NCBI RefSeq assembly: GCF_006345805.1
Contig: NW_021834221.1
Coordinates: 1 to 64,000 of the forward strand
Origin: Octopus sinensis
Taxonomy: Eukaryota
DNA length: 64,000 nucleotides
Direction of reading: 5' to 3'
In this document: one piece after another, positions 12,851 to 26,712 of the stretch
Layout of the letters: each line of letters begins with the position of its first letter
Numbering within the stretch: position 1 is the first letter of the stretch
Notes under the pieces: generated by a model
What the model saw: only the letters and a program-made list of their open reading frames with translations
The model's database searches: none
Told to the model about the DNA's origin: nothing
Made by a program: the position numbers and the translations under genes

Positions 12851-13743
12851 ACCTATATATACATACATATGTGTATATACACATATCTATATATATGGAC
12901 ATATATATACATATTTATCACTATATATATGTATAAATATATATATACATATTTATCACTATATATATGTATATATATATATATATATACATATGTATAT
13001 ACAAAAAGATACATAGACGTGTATATGTGCATGGTTATAAATGTGTGCGCATAATGAATATTTGTTATTTAATATATTATATATAGTGAGAAATTTTTTG
13101 TATTTACAAACATGAAAGTTTTCTTTATATTACAGAAATCTGTTTTATGTACTCTATGATATTTGTCGATATATATAATACATACACACACACACACACA
13201 TACATACATATATATATATATAGATATATATATATTATATATATATATATATACATACATATATATATATGTATATGTATGTATGTATATACAAACTTGA
13301 ATTCCTATATACATACGTACATATACATATATTATATAGATAGATAGATATAGATATAGACATAGATATAGATATACAAATACATATGTGTGAGTGTGAC
13401 TGGGTGTGTGGGTGTGATTGGATGTGTGTGTGGGTGGGTGCCTCTGCGTGTGTGTGTGTGTTCAGAGCGACAGTTCTAAGCAGCGTTGTGTTCAGATATA
13501 ATTTTGTTAGCAGCTCAAATATGCTTGAGGCTTACTCGAAGACGTAAAAGAGCAACTCATGGTATTTCGTTATGGACCAAAATTTCTCTCCTGAGGCAAA
13601 TTGTTTTAAATACACCTGATCACATAATAGCCACCAACTTAACTATTTTGTCGGCTCGAATACATTGCAGCAGAGGAGATATCTACTCCGAAATACATGC
13701 ATCCTAATGACTCGGCATAGCTGGACCCAGACACCTATATGTA

Positions 13744-13935
13744 TGTGTAGTCTGATCAATAAGTATCCGAACTGTTGCCATAGTAACGAAGCCAAAGCAC
13801 GCAGAGTGGAACCGCTTAAAACACATTGACATTGAGCTTTGCTATTTGTGCGCTCCAAAGTTTAACGTTGAGGCTCAATTCCGCTATTTACAGCAGTGCT
13901 TGGAAGGAAGGTGTGTAGCATGCGTCTTAGGGAGA
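13744..13935 (+). mobile_element. Mariner-like terminal fragment
   Basis: GTAGTCTGATCAATAAGTATCCGAACTG resembles a mariner TIR start. No partner TIR was found. Confidence 0.4.
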
Positions 13936-14225
13936 TAACATACAAATTTACATCGAATTTCGCAGTGGTTGGAGTATTCGGTGTCTTCTTTCAGCATATG
14001 ACAATGGTAGTTTCCGCGCCATTAAATATAATTGTATCCTATACAGTTATATATCTCTACATATGTATTTCACCTAAAATACTTTTTATATGCTGGCTAC
14101 TGATAAAATTCATTAATTTTAATGATTTATCCTTTAATCATGTTTATATATATATGTATATATATATATATGCATGTATGTATGTATATATATATATATG
14201 TATGTGTATGTATATGTATATGTAT

Positions 14226-14694
14226 GATTGATTGATTGATTGATTCTAGTTTCAGCTTATGAGCTGTGGCCATGCTGGGACACCGCCATTTGGTGTTGCT
14301 ATATGATTTTACTTCACGAATGCTTTTTAGCAATTGCCATTTGGTGTATGAGAGAGTTCGATGCAGCTGCCCTCATCTGCACCTCCTGCCGTGAAGTTGG
14401 TTCATCTGGGACACCTGATAGGAAGAGATCCAGCTTCATTTTAAAGACATCTGTATCCACCCCATGCAGGTCTCTCAGGTTCTTCGGGAGGATATTGAAG
14501 AGCTGTGGGCCTCGGAAGCACAGGCTATCACAGAATCTTGTCCTACATCTTGATGGCAAATTTGGAGTCCTAGGCACCACGCAGTGGCGCCCAGTTCTGG
14601 CATTTGCGTAACTCTCGATGCCAAAGTTTAGGACACGTCCCTCCAGGATCTTCCAGATGTATATTATGGCATATCTTTCCCGCCTACGCTCCAT
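14226..14694 (-). mobile_element. CR1/L2-group LINE, 5'-truncated (ORF2 C-terminus and 3' end)
   Basis: The translation ERRRERYAIIYIWKIL...GPQLFNILPKNLR...FKMKLDLFLSGVPDEP...SNSL is typical of CR1-group ORF2 C-termini. The 3' end has a stem-loop and an (ATCA)n tail. Confidence 0.85.
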
Positions 14695-14876
14695 ATGTAT
14701 GTATGTATATATATATGTATATATATATAACGGGAAGGTTTACGAAAATAAACAAAAGACAAAAGGATACATGTGTGGCATTAAATGAGTGTCACGCTGG
14801 AAATGCCCGAACGACTGGAGTCAATTAAGGTGCTTTACAGCTAAGAAATACGGAGATGATTGATATGCCTCATACG

Positions 14877-14906
<30 letters not shown>

Positions 14907-14908
<2 letters not shown>

Positions 14909-15318
14909 CTCTTTTTTACTCTTTTACTTGTTTCAGTCATTTGACTGCGGCCATGCTGGAGCACCACCTTTAGTCGAGCAACTCGACCCGGGACTTATTC
15001 TTTGTAAGCCCAGTACTTATTCTATCGGTCTCTTTTTGCCGAACCGCTAAGTGACGGGGAAATAAACACACCAGCATCGGTTGTCAAGCAATGCTAGGGG
15101 GACAAACACAGACACACAAACACACAGACATACATATGTATATATACATATATACGACGGGGTTCTTTCAGTTTCCGTCTACCAAATCCACTCACAAGGC
15201 ATCGGTCGGCCTGAGGCTATAGCAGAAGACACTTGCCCAAGGTGCCACGCAGTGGGACTGAACCCGGAACCATGTGGTTGGTAAACAAGCTACTTACCAC
15301 ACAGCCACTCCTGCGCCT
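14907..15318 (-). mobile_element. SINE A, full length, inserted in (TA)n
   Basis: Reverse complement of the SINE A consensus seen elsewhere in the window. Confidence 0.9.
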
Positions 15319-15659
15319 ATATATATATATGCTTGCGTATAGAATTATATATATATGTGCGCGTGTGTCTGTGTGTAGTGTGCGTTTTGGTGTGTTTGTT
15401 TGTGTGCGCATGCGTGTGTGTTTGGGTATGTATGTTTATTTGGGTATGTATATTACGTATATCTATCTTTGTAGCTGTCTATCTGTCTGTTTATATATGT
15501 GCCTATCTATCTAGCTATAGATATACATATATGTGTATGTATATATATATATATACATGTATATTGAATATATGATGTATCATGTTTATACACACTCGCA
15601 TACATATATATACATATACATACTCACACTCACGTAATGTATATATATATATAATGTAT

Positions 15660-15702
<43 letters not shown>

Positions 15703-16418
15703 TATATATATATATATATTATATACATGCGTGTACGTGTGTGTGTATTTATCATTTATTATACGTGTGTATGTGTATGGATAAGTAAGCATGTAGTTAT
15801 TTATGTACCCATATAAGAAATCAAAGAAACGCCGGCAAGAAATATACTCTCTTACACAATATATACAGTAAACATTCAGTTTTGATAAAACCATGTATTA
15901 TTACATGGCAATAACGTGACATGATGATATTAGATAACGTAACTTCTTTGAAGAATTCTTCTGTTTTTGCTCCATTAATGAAGAGCACAACCACTCGAGG
16001 CTTCGGTCTTTGACATAAACTGTGGTGCTTCCTGGTCATAATGTATACTAGTTTGGCAATCTCTATAAACCGTTCAGAATTATAAGACATTGATTGAGAA
16101 GTTTACGAAATGGTGGAAGAAAATTAAGAGGAGTGTGTAGAGGTCCCACGGCTCTCTCTGGTTGAGTAAGTTTTTGGTCGTGTTGTTGTTCTTTTATTGA
16201 TGCAATAAATTTTAGTACGAAGTAACAACTTATTTCGTCTCGTTCCTTTTCACTGAACCATTCAATCAATTAATCATTCAATCAATCAATTAAACAATCA
16301 GTCAATTTATATATCTCTCTCTCGATATATATATATATATAATATCTATATATTATATATAGATATATATATATATATATATATATGCGTGTTTGTGTTT
16401 ATGTATCTCTCTCTCTCT

Positions 16419-16481
<63 letters not shown>

Positions 16482-16622
16482 TATATATAAGAGAGAGAGA
16501 GAGACAGAGAGAGACAGACACAGAAGACAGACAGACAGAAGACAGACAGACAGACAGATAGACAGATAGATAGATAAATAGATAGATAGAAAGATAGATA
16601 GATAGATGGATATGTAGGTAGG

Positions 16623-16731
<109 letters not shown>

Positions 16732-17738
16732 GGATACTTTTTCGCTCATACGCATACATATGCACTCACTGATGTATATATAGAAAAGATCTGCTGTTCT
16801 TTTATGCACGTTATATTGAAAACACGACCATATTCTACACAACATTCCTTTGTTATGCTCGGCATTTCTTTGTTTTGTCTTTTTGCAGCTTGTTTAATAG
16901 TTTATCCTTTTTTACTGCCCTAAAGATCTAACTTTGAAATCTTGTAGAAACATGAATCCGTATAAGCACAACCCGTTTAATCTAAAACGGGCAGTAGTAT
17001 ATTCAAATGCCTCTGCACAACCTGTAGATTAGGCTGAGAGACTCTAGAAATATTAATATGAATGCATTGGAGAAATGTATTTTTTGAAATCTAGTTTAAG
17101 AAACCAGAACAAATCATTTAGAGTGATTTTGGGCATACTTGTATTTTCAATATAATGAATAGATACATACACAGACACAGATGTACACACATTCTTAGAA
17201 AGGGGTACAGACAGGCAGATGGACAGACACAGTCAGTGAATGATAGAGTCAGAGAGCGTGAAAGTGTTTATAGAAAGTTTATGTATGTTTATTTGTATCT
17301 TCTCATACACGGTATATATAGTTTTGAAAGTATTTATCATTTTATGAAATCTACATGACAGCCGATTAGAACTCTAGAAGCTGAAAGCACTTTGGAGGTT
17401 TCTGTTGTGTCTTGTACAAGTATAAAGGATATAGCCAGCTCAAGACACCTTCCTTGAGATGAGCTGTTATGGTTCCTGTTCATGGATGTTATATGTTGTC
17501 AGTCAGCACAAACATTTCAAAGTTACACGAAATAGCTTGATCCCTTAAGTCATGTAAATGTTGGTTCTCGGGAAATGTCCGTTGGTAATTGACAGTTATA
17601 GGAGATGTGTGAAATGTCTTCTGACGTCACTGAATAAAAAGATGTCTGTCCATATTGGTTTCTCAAGTGGGAGAATTCATTTTCTTGTTTTCGAGCTCCT
17701 TAAATCCACGGAATTCTCTTTCGTCTCCTCTCTTGCCC

Positions 17739-17774
<36 letters not shown>

Positions 17775-17969
17775 ATGTATGCATGTCATTGCTCAGTTTC
17801 GCTTCAAGATTTCTTGGCAAAATAGAAAGAACCGGTTTCTAACCGAGATCCAAGGCTCCTTCATTGATATTTCAACATCAATAACTGGGTATTTTTATTT
17901 GTATGTATGTATATATGTACGTATGTATGTATGTTGCTATCTAACAATCAATGTATCTCTCTTACACTG

Positions 17970-18008
<39 letters not shown>

Positions 18009-18110
18009 TATATATATATATATGTGTGTGTGTATATATGTATATGTATATATATATATATGTACATGTATATATGTGTATATGTGTATATGTGTATATA
18101 TATTTATATG

Positions 18111-18141
<31 letters not shown>

Positions 18142-19006
18142 GTATATATGTATGTATGTATACGTATACATATATTCTTGTGTACATATATATATATATA
18201 GATGGAGATATAAATTAATACATACATACGGGCAAGAATGCATGCATGCATACGTACATGCATACATACACACTGATATACACACACATTCATGCATACA
18301 TACATACACAGAGAAACAATAAACGGTAGGTCTTCTTCTGGTATCCATATATATATAAATATATATCCTTTAAATATGCATACACCTCAATTGTATATAA
18401 TATATATTCAACTCGATTATGGAACGCCTTTTTTCATTTCCGCAGCTTTAGGTGCAAGAATTGACAATGGTGTTTGCATAAGAATATTTCTTCCAGAAAG
18501 AACTGCTACATATCCGTTATATTATTAATACCTTCATGCGTGTAAACGCTCTTAATGTGTAAGAAATTGTTCGGCACTAAAAAGTTATATAAATGCAGAC
18601 GTTTCAAGCTCGACAGCTCGTCAGAGAAACACGTGTGATATGCGTAAGTTGTGCTCTGGCCAAAAATACAGGAAACTGGTTGTCGTTGAAGAAATTATAG
18701 ATGTTGACGACTGAAGTTCGTCTGTTTGGTAGTGAAACACACAAAGTATGTGGTGGTATGTAAATAAATAAATATACTTCCGTAAATATAAGTAGAGAGT
18801 TATGAATTTTTTATTTTCGTTTATCTTAACTCGACAATATTTGCTTATTTGTTGGGCACTATTTAAATTTTCAAAATATAGATTCATATTTTTTTCTTTC
18901 CTCTCATCTGTCTCAGTCTCTGTCTGTCAGTCTTTCTTACGGATTGTATATCCGCTCGTTTGTGTGTTTGTCTGTATGTCCGTCTGTCTGTCTGTCTGTC
19001 TATGTA

Positions 19007-19413
19007 TACTCTTTTTACTCTTCTACTTGTTTCAGTCATTTGACTGCGGCCATGCTGGAGCACCGCCTTTAGTCGAGCAAATCGACCCCGGGACTTATTC
19101 TTTGTAAGCCCAGTACTTATTCTATCAGTCTCTTTTACCGAACCGCTAGGTGACGGGGACGTAAACACACCAGCATCGGTTGTCAAGCAATGCTAGGGGG
19201 ACAAACACAGACACAAACCACAAACATACATATATATATATATACATATACGAAGGCTTCTTTCAGTTTCCGTCTACCAAATCCACTCACAAGGCATTGG
19301 TCGGCCCGGGGCTATAGCAGAAGACACTTGCCCAAGATGCCACGCAGTGGGACTGAACCCGGAACCATGTGGTTGGTTAGCAAGCTACTTACCACACAGC
19401 CACTCCTGCGCCT
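19007..19413 (-). mobile_element. SINE A, full length
   Basis: Reverse complement of the SINE A consensus. Confidence 0.9.
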
Positions 19414-19789
19414 GTATGTTTCTATTCATTGTAAATGCGACGCTCATATTTGTTTGGCTGATTCTTACCGAATTCAAGTAACAAACTCAACTTTCGTCAA
19501 GTGTACATACATGGCTCTGAGCCCGAAAGATTTAAGCGTACATGTGTTCATCCATTGTACATAAACATTTGCGTATGTCTGTGAGTATGTGTGTGTGTAA
19601 ATTTGTGTGTATGTGTGTCTGTACGTGTGTGTGTGTGGCCGTTGTTGCGTATCAATGTGCATATTTGTGAATTGTATGGTTCTTGATCCATATATGTATA
19701 TATATTATATAGTGTGGTGAATAAACACATGTCTAGATTACGCAAAAAAATGAAAATAACACCGATATCTCATTTTAACAGATATATAT

Positions 19790-20598
19790 ACCAAAATTAC
19801 ATAAGAATATCTTGAAATACTAAATAGTAAATTTATTCAATAAAATCGTCATTTGCTTCAACCACGGCCTCCAGACGACTTCAGAATCTCCTACAACTCT
19901 CTTGGACAGTCTCTTTATTTGGTCAATGCTGCCATAGTCCTTGCACTAAGTTCATTTTTGGTGTTACAAGGAGTTTTGTTGGTCTCTCGCTCAACTGTGC
20001 CCCACACATAATAACCAAGGGGGTTGCGGTCTAAGGAGTTAGGTGGTCAGATGCTAAGGGTGATGTGGTTGCAGAAAGTGTCTGACAGCCATGATTGGAT
20101 TATTCTGCTTGTGTGGCATGGAGCATAGTCCAGCTTGTGAAGCATGGTGAAGACACAGGTTCTTCCAGCAGCCACCCTCTTGACCCAGGACAGCACCCCT
20201 TCTCCAGTCACATGATGTAGGCCTTCGTGTTGTGTCTGAAGCCGAGTGGGAAGATGAATGGAGGCATAATGTTCACTCCAAATACCATGAGATGTTGGCT
20301 GGATGTTTGATTTTTATCACTCTCAGTACATGTTCTCAGATTGCACTATCCTCAGATTAACACCCAGACACTCTGAAATGTTCGTAGTGGTGCTTCCGGT
20401 GCAAATGCCAAGCAGTACAGTATGTCATTTCCAAATTTCTGGCAGAGTGAATTGCATCATTGTGTTTTTGTATTTCTCACAGACGGTGCCCAACTGACCC
20501 TAGTATACTGTGTAGTCGATAAAATCAAAAACAAAGAAAGCGCCTGCATGAAATTAAAAGTATAAAACGGCGTCAATTTATCAATCGCAATCTGTATG
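19790..20598 (-). pseudogene. Decayed Tc1/mariner transposon (maT/DD37D-like transposase)
   Basis: The minus strand encodes DYAPCHTSRIIQSWLSDTFCNHIT..*PPNSLDRNPLGYYVWGTVERETN..RF*SRLEAVVEAN, matching the D.AP.H and WPP.SPD.NP.DY motifs, with stops. TIR-like end near 20570-20598. Confidence 0.8.
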
Positions 20599-20684
20599 TA
20601 TATATATATATTTTTTTCTTGTTTCTTGTTGATGCGCCGCCGTTTTGTGCTACACTGTTATTACGAAGAACATCCTCTAATATG

Positions 20685-20975
20685 TGGCACTTGGTGAAGA
20701 ATGGAGTCTGATATAGCTACTCTCATTTGTACCTCTTGCCGTGAGGTAGGTTCATCTGGGACTCTCGACAGGAAGAAGTCCAGCTTTGATTTAAAAACCC
20801 CTACATCTACTTTGTGCAAGTTCCTCAGACTCTTTAAAAGGCTGTGAGCCCTTGAAACCCAGGCTGTTGCAGAAGCTGGTCCTGAAGCGTGATGGCATTG
20901 CTAGGAATTTGGCACTATGCAGTGTCGTCCCGTTCTAGCATTGGTGTAGCTTACAATGCCAAAATTTGGCACAAA
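20685..20975 (-). mobile_element. CR1/L2-group LINE fragment, paralogous to 14314-14694
   Basis: Nucleotide similarity: GGTTCATCTGGGAC..., CCAGCTT..TTTAAA, GCAGTG.CG.CC.GTTCT.GCATT. Confidence 0.75.
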
Positions 20976-21145
20976 TATATATATATATATATATTGTAAT
21001 TGGATGGAATCTACCTATAATCTCTTCTTATATCACGACACGAGATTATTCAAATATTTATGACAAAATTACCTTGGGGATTCTACCAACAAATTAATCT
21101 GAAATGCTCTTTTTCATGGCCCAAGACAAGAAAGCTTTCGAACTG

Positions 21146-21191
21146 TTTCCCTGAAGAAGGCTGAGCCAGCTTAAATTTGAAATATAGTGGA
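21146..21191 (+). ncRNA. Degenerate hammerhead-like motif
   Basis: CTGAAGA followed by stem II AGGCTG/CAGCTT. The G of the GAAA box is missing and stems I and III are weak. Confidence 0.3.
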
Positions 21192-21585
21192 TGCTGAAGA
21201 ATTAAATTAAAAGATTTATTTTCAATATAACACTGTGGCGCCTGCTTCATGATACTAAATAATTAATTGGCTGCTGATATAGATGTTACAGGAAGCGAAG
21301 AAATTTTAATTAACTGAATGTAATTATAAAGAATGTGTGATTCAGAATGTCTCTCGCGAGTAGGAGAACAAAGGCAGCTACGGGAATATTTCAATGTTGC
21401 CATATAGAAATACTGAGAAATCTCCCCCTCTCTCTCTATATATATATATAAATATATTTCTTTCTCTCTCTCTCTCTCTTTCCCTCTCTGTCTCTCTCTC
21501 TCTCTATCTTTATTTCTCTCTTTTCCTTTTCCTCTGTCTTTCACTCTCTCTATCTACTCACAGTCACACACACACACACACCACA

Positions 21586-21626
<41 letters not shown>

Positions 21627-21699
21627 TATATATATATTATATATATATATAATATATATCATACATATATATATCATACATATATACACATTACTAACC

Positions 21700-22200
21700 A
21701 TGACCACCCCAAATTTAGTAACGACAAGACTCAGAAACATGATAGCCCTATCAGCCTTCATAAACCTTGCACCAGCTCACTAGCAAGTAATTCTCCACCA
21801 CAGCACAACCTATGTGACTGTAGGAATAAAGATAATTGTGCCCTTGTAAATACCTGAAAAAGTAAAGATGTAATGTACCTGCTCACTGTCACAACACAGT
21901 CGAGTAAAAAGATATACATGGGAGCTACCCAAAATGAAATGCAACGATGACTAGCCGCACAGTAATACTCTTTCAGGAATAGAAATAAGATTAACTCGAC
22001 CGGATTAAGTAAATATATTTGCGAACTTAAAGATAAACATACTAGATTCGTTTTAGAATGGAAAGTCTTCGCCTCTGCACCTTCGTACTATGTAGAAAAT
22101 TACAAATGTTATCTTTGCATGAATGAAAAATGTTTCATACTAGCGGCACAACACCCATTACTTAACATGAAGGAAGAGAGAAACCGAGCTTGCATGCTAC
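21700..22200 (+). pseudogene. Penelope-like element GIY-YIG endonuclease remnant with an N-terminal Cys cluster
   Basis: From 21813 the sequence reads CDCRNKDNCALVNT*KSKDVMYLLTV..KIYMGATQ...SFRN..NSTGLSKYICELKDK...EWKV...KCYLCMNEK..LLNMKEE. This matches the PLE pattern CxC..CPL..VIY..YIG..T.LSKYIW.LK..C.LC..EK..LLN and has in-frame stops. It is not in the ORF track. Confidence 0.8.
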
Positions 22201-22396
22201 GTCTACCATCGCTAAATACAAATATCATTAGAGACTCTTTGCACCATCCCCACAAATAGCCCCCAGAGCTCTTCACCACAGAAATAGTAGTTCTCGATAT
22301 TAAATGAGGATATATATTAACTTCCAAATGAAAGCTAGTTTAATAGTATTACACACCCGGTCCTTTACAGGTGATCCAGGAGTAATATCCGCTGGA

Positions 22397-22664
22397 CAGG
22401 TTCCTGTGCAGGTGGCACATAAAAAGCACCATTTGAGCGTGGCCGTTGCCAGTACCGCCTGATTGGCTCTCGTGCCAGTAACACGTAAAAGTACCCACTA
22501 CACTCTCGGAGTGGTTGGAGTTAGGAAGGGCATCCAGCTGTAGAAACTCTGCCAGATTAGATTGTAGTCTGGTGCAGCCATCTGGTTCGTCAGACCTCAG
22601 TCAAATCGTTCAACTCATGCTAGTATGGAAAGCGGACGTTAGACAATGATGATGATGATGATGA
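22397..22664 (+). mobile_element. SINE/LINE 3' module ending in (GAT)n, possibly RTE-related
   Basis: GTGGTTGGAGTTAGGAAGGGCATCCAGCTGTAGAAAC...GGACGTTAGACAATGATGATG has the layout of a retroposon tail. Classification is from recall only. Confidence 0.6.
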
Positions 22665-22666
22665 CC

Positions 22667-22703
<37 letters not shown>

Positions 22704-22933
22704 AAAAGGTTGTAAGACGTAACAAAATTTAGAGAAAATAAAAATAAGAAATAAGTGGAAATTTTACCGGTGAGTGTGTTAAATAATAAGGCACTGAAAG
22801 AGAATGACTCTCCCCAGACACAACAGAATATGCTTCAACACACGAACTCATATAAAGAATCTTGCAAACCAAATCCCAAAACGAAATATATATATTATAT
22901 ATGCATATATATGTGTGTGTGTGTGATATATTA

Positions 22934-23012
<79 letters not shown>

Positions 23013-23962
23013 ATATATATATATGTCCACTCGTCAATCTTTTTCTATCTATTCTTATCGATCTATGCGTCTCATCTTCTCTGACTCCATTGAATTTTTT
23101 CCCTACCTATATAACACCCTATACTTCTTCTTAGATATCTATGCATTTATCTAGTTTTACCGACATTCGCCGCCATGATGTATTTTGTAATTTGACTTTC
23201 CTAAGAGCACTTCAGCACAGCTTCAGATGGGCTTTATTTGCCTTCCGTTAATGATATTTCCATGTCACGCTGAAGAGGGTCAATAAACTTCACATAAACG
23301 AATGTAAAAAGAACTTCATATGGTGCGATATTCATTTACTAACGTGTAAACACTTGTCTGTTACGTAGTATAGAATGCGTGTGTGCCGGGCCGTCTATAT
23401 ATATAGATATGTTTGTGTGTGAATGTGTGTGTGCATGTACATTTGTATGTGTATATACACACACCTGCACACATGGACACACACACAAACACACACACAC
23501 ATATATATATATATGCATGTCAAGCACGTGTACCTGCAATTATATGTATACGTATGCATATACATATATGTGTGTGAGTGTGGTGTGTGTGTGTGTGTGT
23601 GCATGTATATACATATATAAATATATAAATATTCATATAAATACATATATATATCGATAGATAGATAGATATATAGGTAGATATTTATGGGTATATACTA
23701 GTTTGTAGGTATTTATTTATATATACCGTATATGTTTATACAGATTTGTAGATATATACAGATATAGAAATATATAAGTATATATGTATATATTTGTATA
23801 TTTCTATGGGTGTGGAGGTAGAGTTTGTCAGAAGATTAAATGATGGATAGATGAATAAATGATAAATAGTCAAGACGGAGACTTTGTTAGACAAATAAAT
23901 ACATTTAGAGTGATAGACAGACAGACAGACAGATAAATAAATTGGCAGTTAGATAGATAGAC

Positions 23963-24026
<64 letters not shown>

Positions 24027-24039
24027 GGATGGGTAGATG

Positions 24040-24122
<83 letters not shown>

Positions 24123-24123
24123 G

Positions 24124-24197
<74 letters not shown>

Positions 24198-24686
24198 CAG
24201 ATATGCATTTATACATGCATGCGTAAATATATACCTTGAGAATAGTAAAAAAAAATGGCGATGCAGACGACAGTAACTGTCGTCGTATTTCGTCCACATT
24301 TTGTTTGCTTTACGTTTTGACTCAAAATCTCATTAATTCAAGTTTGACAAGTGTAAGGTAAAAAATAAAACTGTTGATTGATCTGTTGCCTGATTACGTG
24401 TCCTGTGTTCGAATTCTTTCGTCTCACACAAATCATAGGCTCAGAACGATCAGCCATATTTTCCAGGTTTCTCTGAAACGTTGGGAATGCTATTCTGAGT
24501 CACAGTGATAAATGACAAGGCCTGAAATTTGAGGGGAGGGCTATGGTCGATAACGTTGACCCCCAGTGTTTCGATCTCGGTGGAATTTGAACTCAGGTAC
24601 TTGCACGTTGTGGATTCTGCCAGCTTGCCACCTTAGCCCCACAGTCATAATACAACTGTGTGTCTTTATCTCTGCATGTCTATGTA

Positions 24687-25076
24687 GGCGCAGGAGTGGC
24701 TGTGTGGTAAGTAGCTTGCTAACCAACCACATGGTTCCGGGTTCAGTCCCACTGCGTGGCATCTTGGGCAAGTGTCTTCTGCTATAGCCCCGGGCCGACC
24801 AATGCCTTGTGAGTGGATTTGGTAGACGGAAACTGGAAGAAGCCTGTCGTATGTATGTGTATGTGTTTGTGTGTCTGTGTTTGAACCCCTAGCATTGCTT
24901 GACAACCGATACTGGTGTGTTTACGTCCCCATGACTTAGCGGTTCGGCAAAAGAGACCGATAGATAAGTACTGGGCTTACAAAGAATAAGTCCCGGGGTC
25001 GATTTGCTCGACTAAAGGAGGTGCTCCAGCATGGCCGAAGTCAAATGACTGAAACATGTAAAAGAGTAAAAGAGTA
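24687..25076 (+). mobile_element. SINE A, full length
   Basis: Matches the SINE A consensus. Confidence 0.9.
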
Positions 25077-25092
25077 ACAGAGAGTATCTACT

Positions 25093-25335
25093 GCGAACCC
25101 TGCTGTACTCTTTCGCCACGACTTTCTCTCACCCTTTCTTTCAGTTTTTAATGTACCTGTAATTCAGAGGGCCCAACCTTGTTACACTCTGTGCCACGCT
25201 GAATCTCCCCGAGAACTACATTAAGGGCACACGTGTTTGTAGAGTGCTCAGCCACGTGCACGGTAATTTCACGAACAGGCTGTTCCGTTGATCGGATCAA
25301 TTGGAACCCTCGTCTTCGCAACCGACCGAGTGCCA
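25093..25335 (+). mobile_element. SINE D, 3' portion
   Basis: Homologous to the reverse complement of 40700-40945. Confidence 0.75.
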
Positions 25336-25354
25336 CCATTCTTTTATTCTTATT

Positions 25355-25760
25355 TTTTATTTCAGTCGTTTGACTGAGGCTATGCTGGAGCACCACTTTA
25401 GTCGAGCAAATGTAAATCAGGAGTTATTCTTTGTAATCCTAGTACTCATCCTATCGGAACTTCTTGCAGAACCGCTAAGTTACGGGGACGTAAACCTAGC
25501 AGCATCGGTTGTCAAGCGATGGCGGGGGGGGGGGACAAAAACAGACACACAAACATACACACACACATGATAATATATATATATATATATATATATAAGA
25601 CAGGCTTCTTTCAGTTTCCCTCTACCAAATCCACTCACAATGCTTTGGTAGGCCCGAAGCTAAAGTAGAAGACATTGCTTAAGGTGATACGCAGGAGGAC
25701 TGAACCCGAAACTGTGTAGTTGGTAAGCAAGCTACTTACCACAAAACCTCTCCTGCGCCT
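25355..25760 (-). mobile_element. SINE A, older diverged copy
   Basis: Diverged but colinear with the consensus. Confidence 0.8.
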
Positions 25761-25894
25761 AGAAAATATAAAATAAAAAATACTGAAATATGCAGAATGA
25801 AAACGCAAAGCAGAATGAATATCAGTAAAGTAATCACCGAGCATGCGCACTAGGTTGACTGTGTTAACGAATGAATAAATGATAACCAGTGTTA

Positions 25895-26712
25895 TCTTTA
25901 TATATAAAAGTCAAGTTGTGTGTCTGTCTCCTACGATTTAGAATCCTAACTACTCCCACATTTTGCGGTGCAGTTTAACCAAAACCGGGTATCTTATAGT
26001 TGTGATTCATATCCAGCCCTTCTGGGTATTAGCGCGCGTCTACGATGAGCCTACGATTTTAAAAAAATTACCATCATTTTTTCCCAATTTTTAATGCATT
26101 TTTGGCATATATAAGGGAAGTAACTCCCTAAAAATGTATTATTAAATCTCAGAACGTAAAAAGCTACAGTAGCACCCCCCCCCTTTGTGGTTAGCCATAT
26201 TGAGATGGCTATTATACTTTACATCTCTAAAAATGCTTATATAGTTATTTCCCTTACAAACCCGAGCAACGCCGGGCGATACTCTTTTCTCTTTTTTCTC
26301 TTTTACTTGTTTCAGTCATTTGACTGCGGCCATGCTGGAGCACCGCCTTTAATCGAGCAACTCGACCCCGGGACTTATTCTTTGTAAGCCCAGTACTTAT
26401 TCTATCGGTCTCTTTTTTGCCGAACCGCTAAGTTACGGGGACGTAAACACAACCCAGCATCGGTTGTCAAGCAAAGCTAGGGGAACAAACACAACACACA
26501 CAACAAACAAACACATATATATATATATATACATATATACGACAGGCTTCTTTCAGTTTCCGTCTACCAATCCACTCACAAGGCATTGGTCGGCCCGGGG
26601 CTATAGCAGAAGACACTTGCCCAAGATGCCACGCAGTGGGACTGAACCCGGAACCATGTGGTTGGTTAGCAAGCTACTTACCACACAGCCACTCCTGCGC
26701 CTATACTGCTAG
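25895..26712 (+). mobile_element. Non-autonomous Helitron family 1, interrupted by SINE A
   Basis: Colinear with 8294-8691. The terminal ATACTGCTAG is displaced to 26703-26712 by the SINE insertion. Confidence 0.85.
26284..26702 (-). mobile_element. SINE A, full length, nested in the Helitron
   Basis: ATACT is repeated at 26279-26283 and 26703-26707. Confidence 0.9.
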
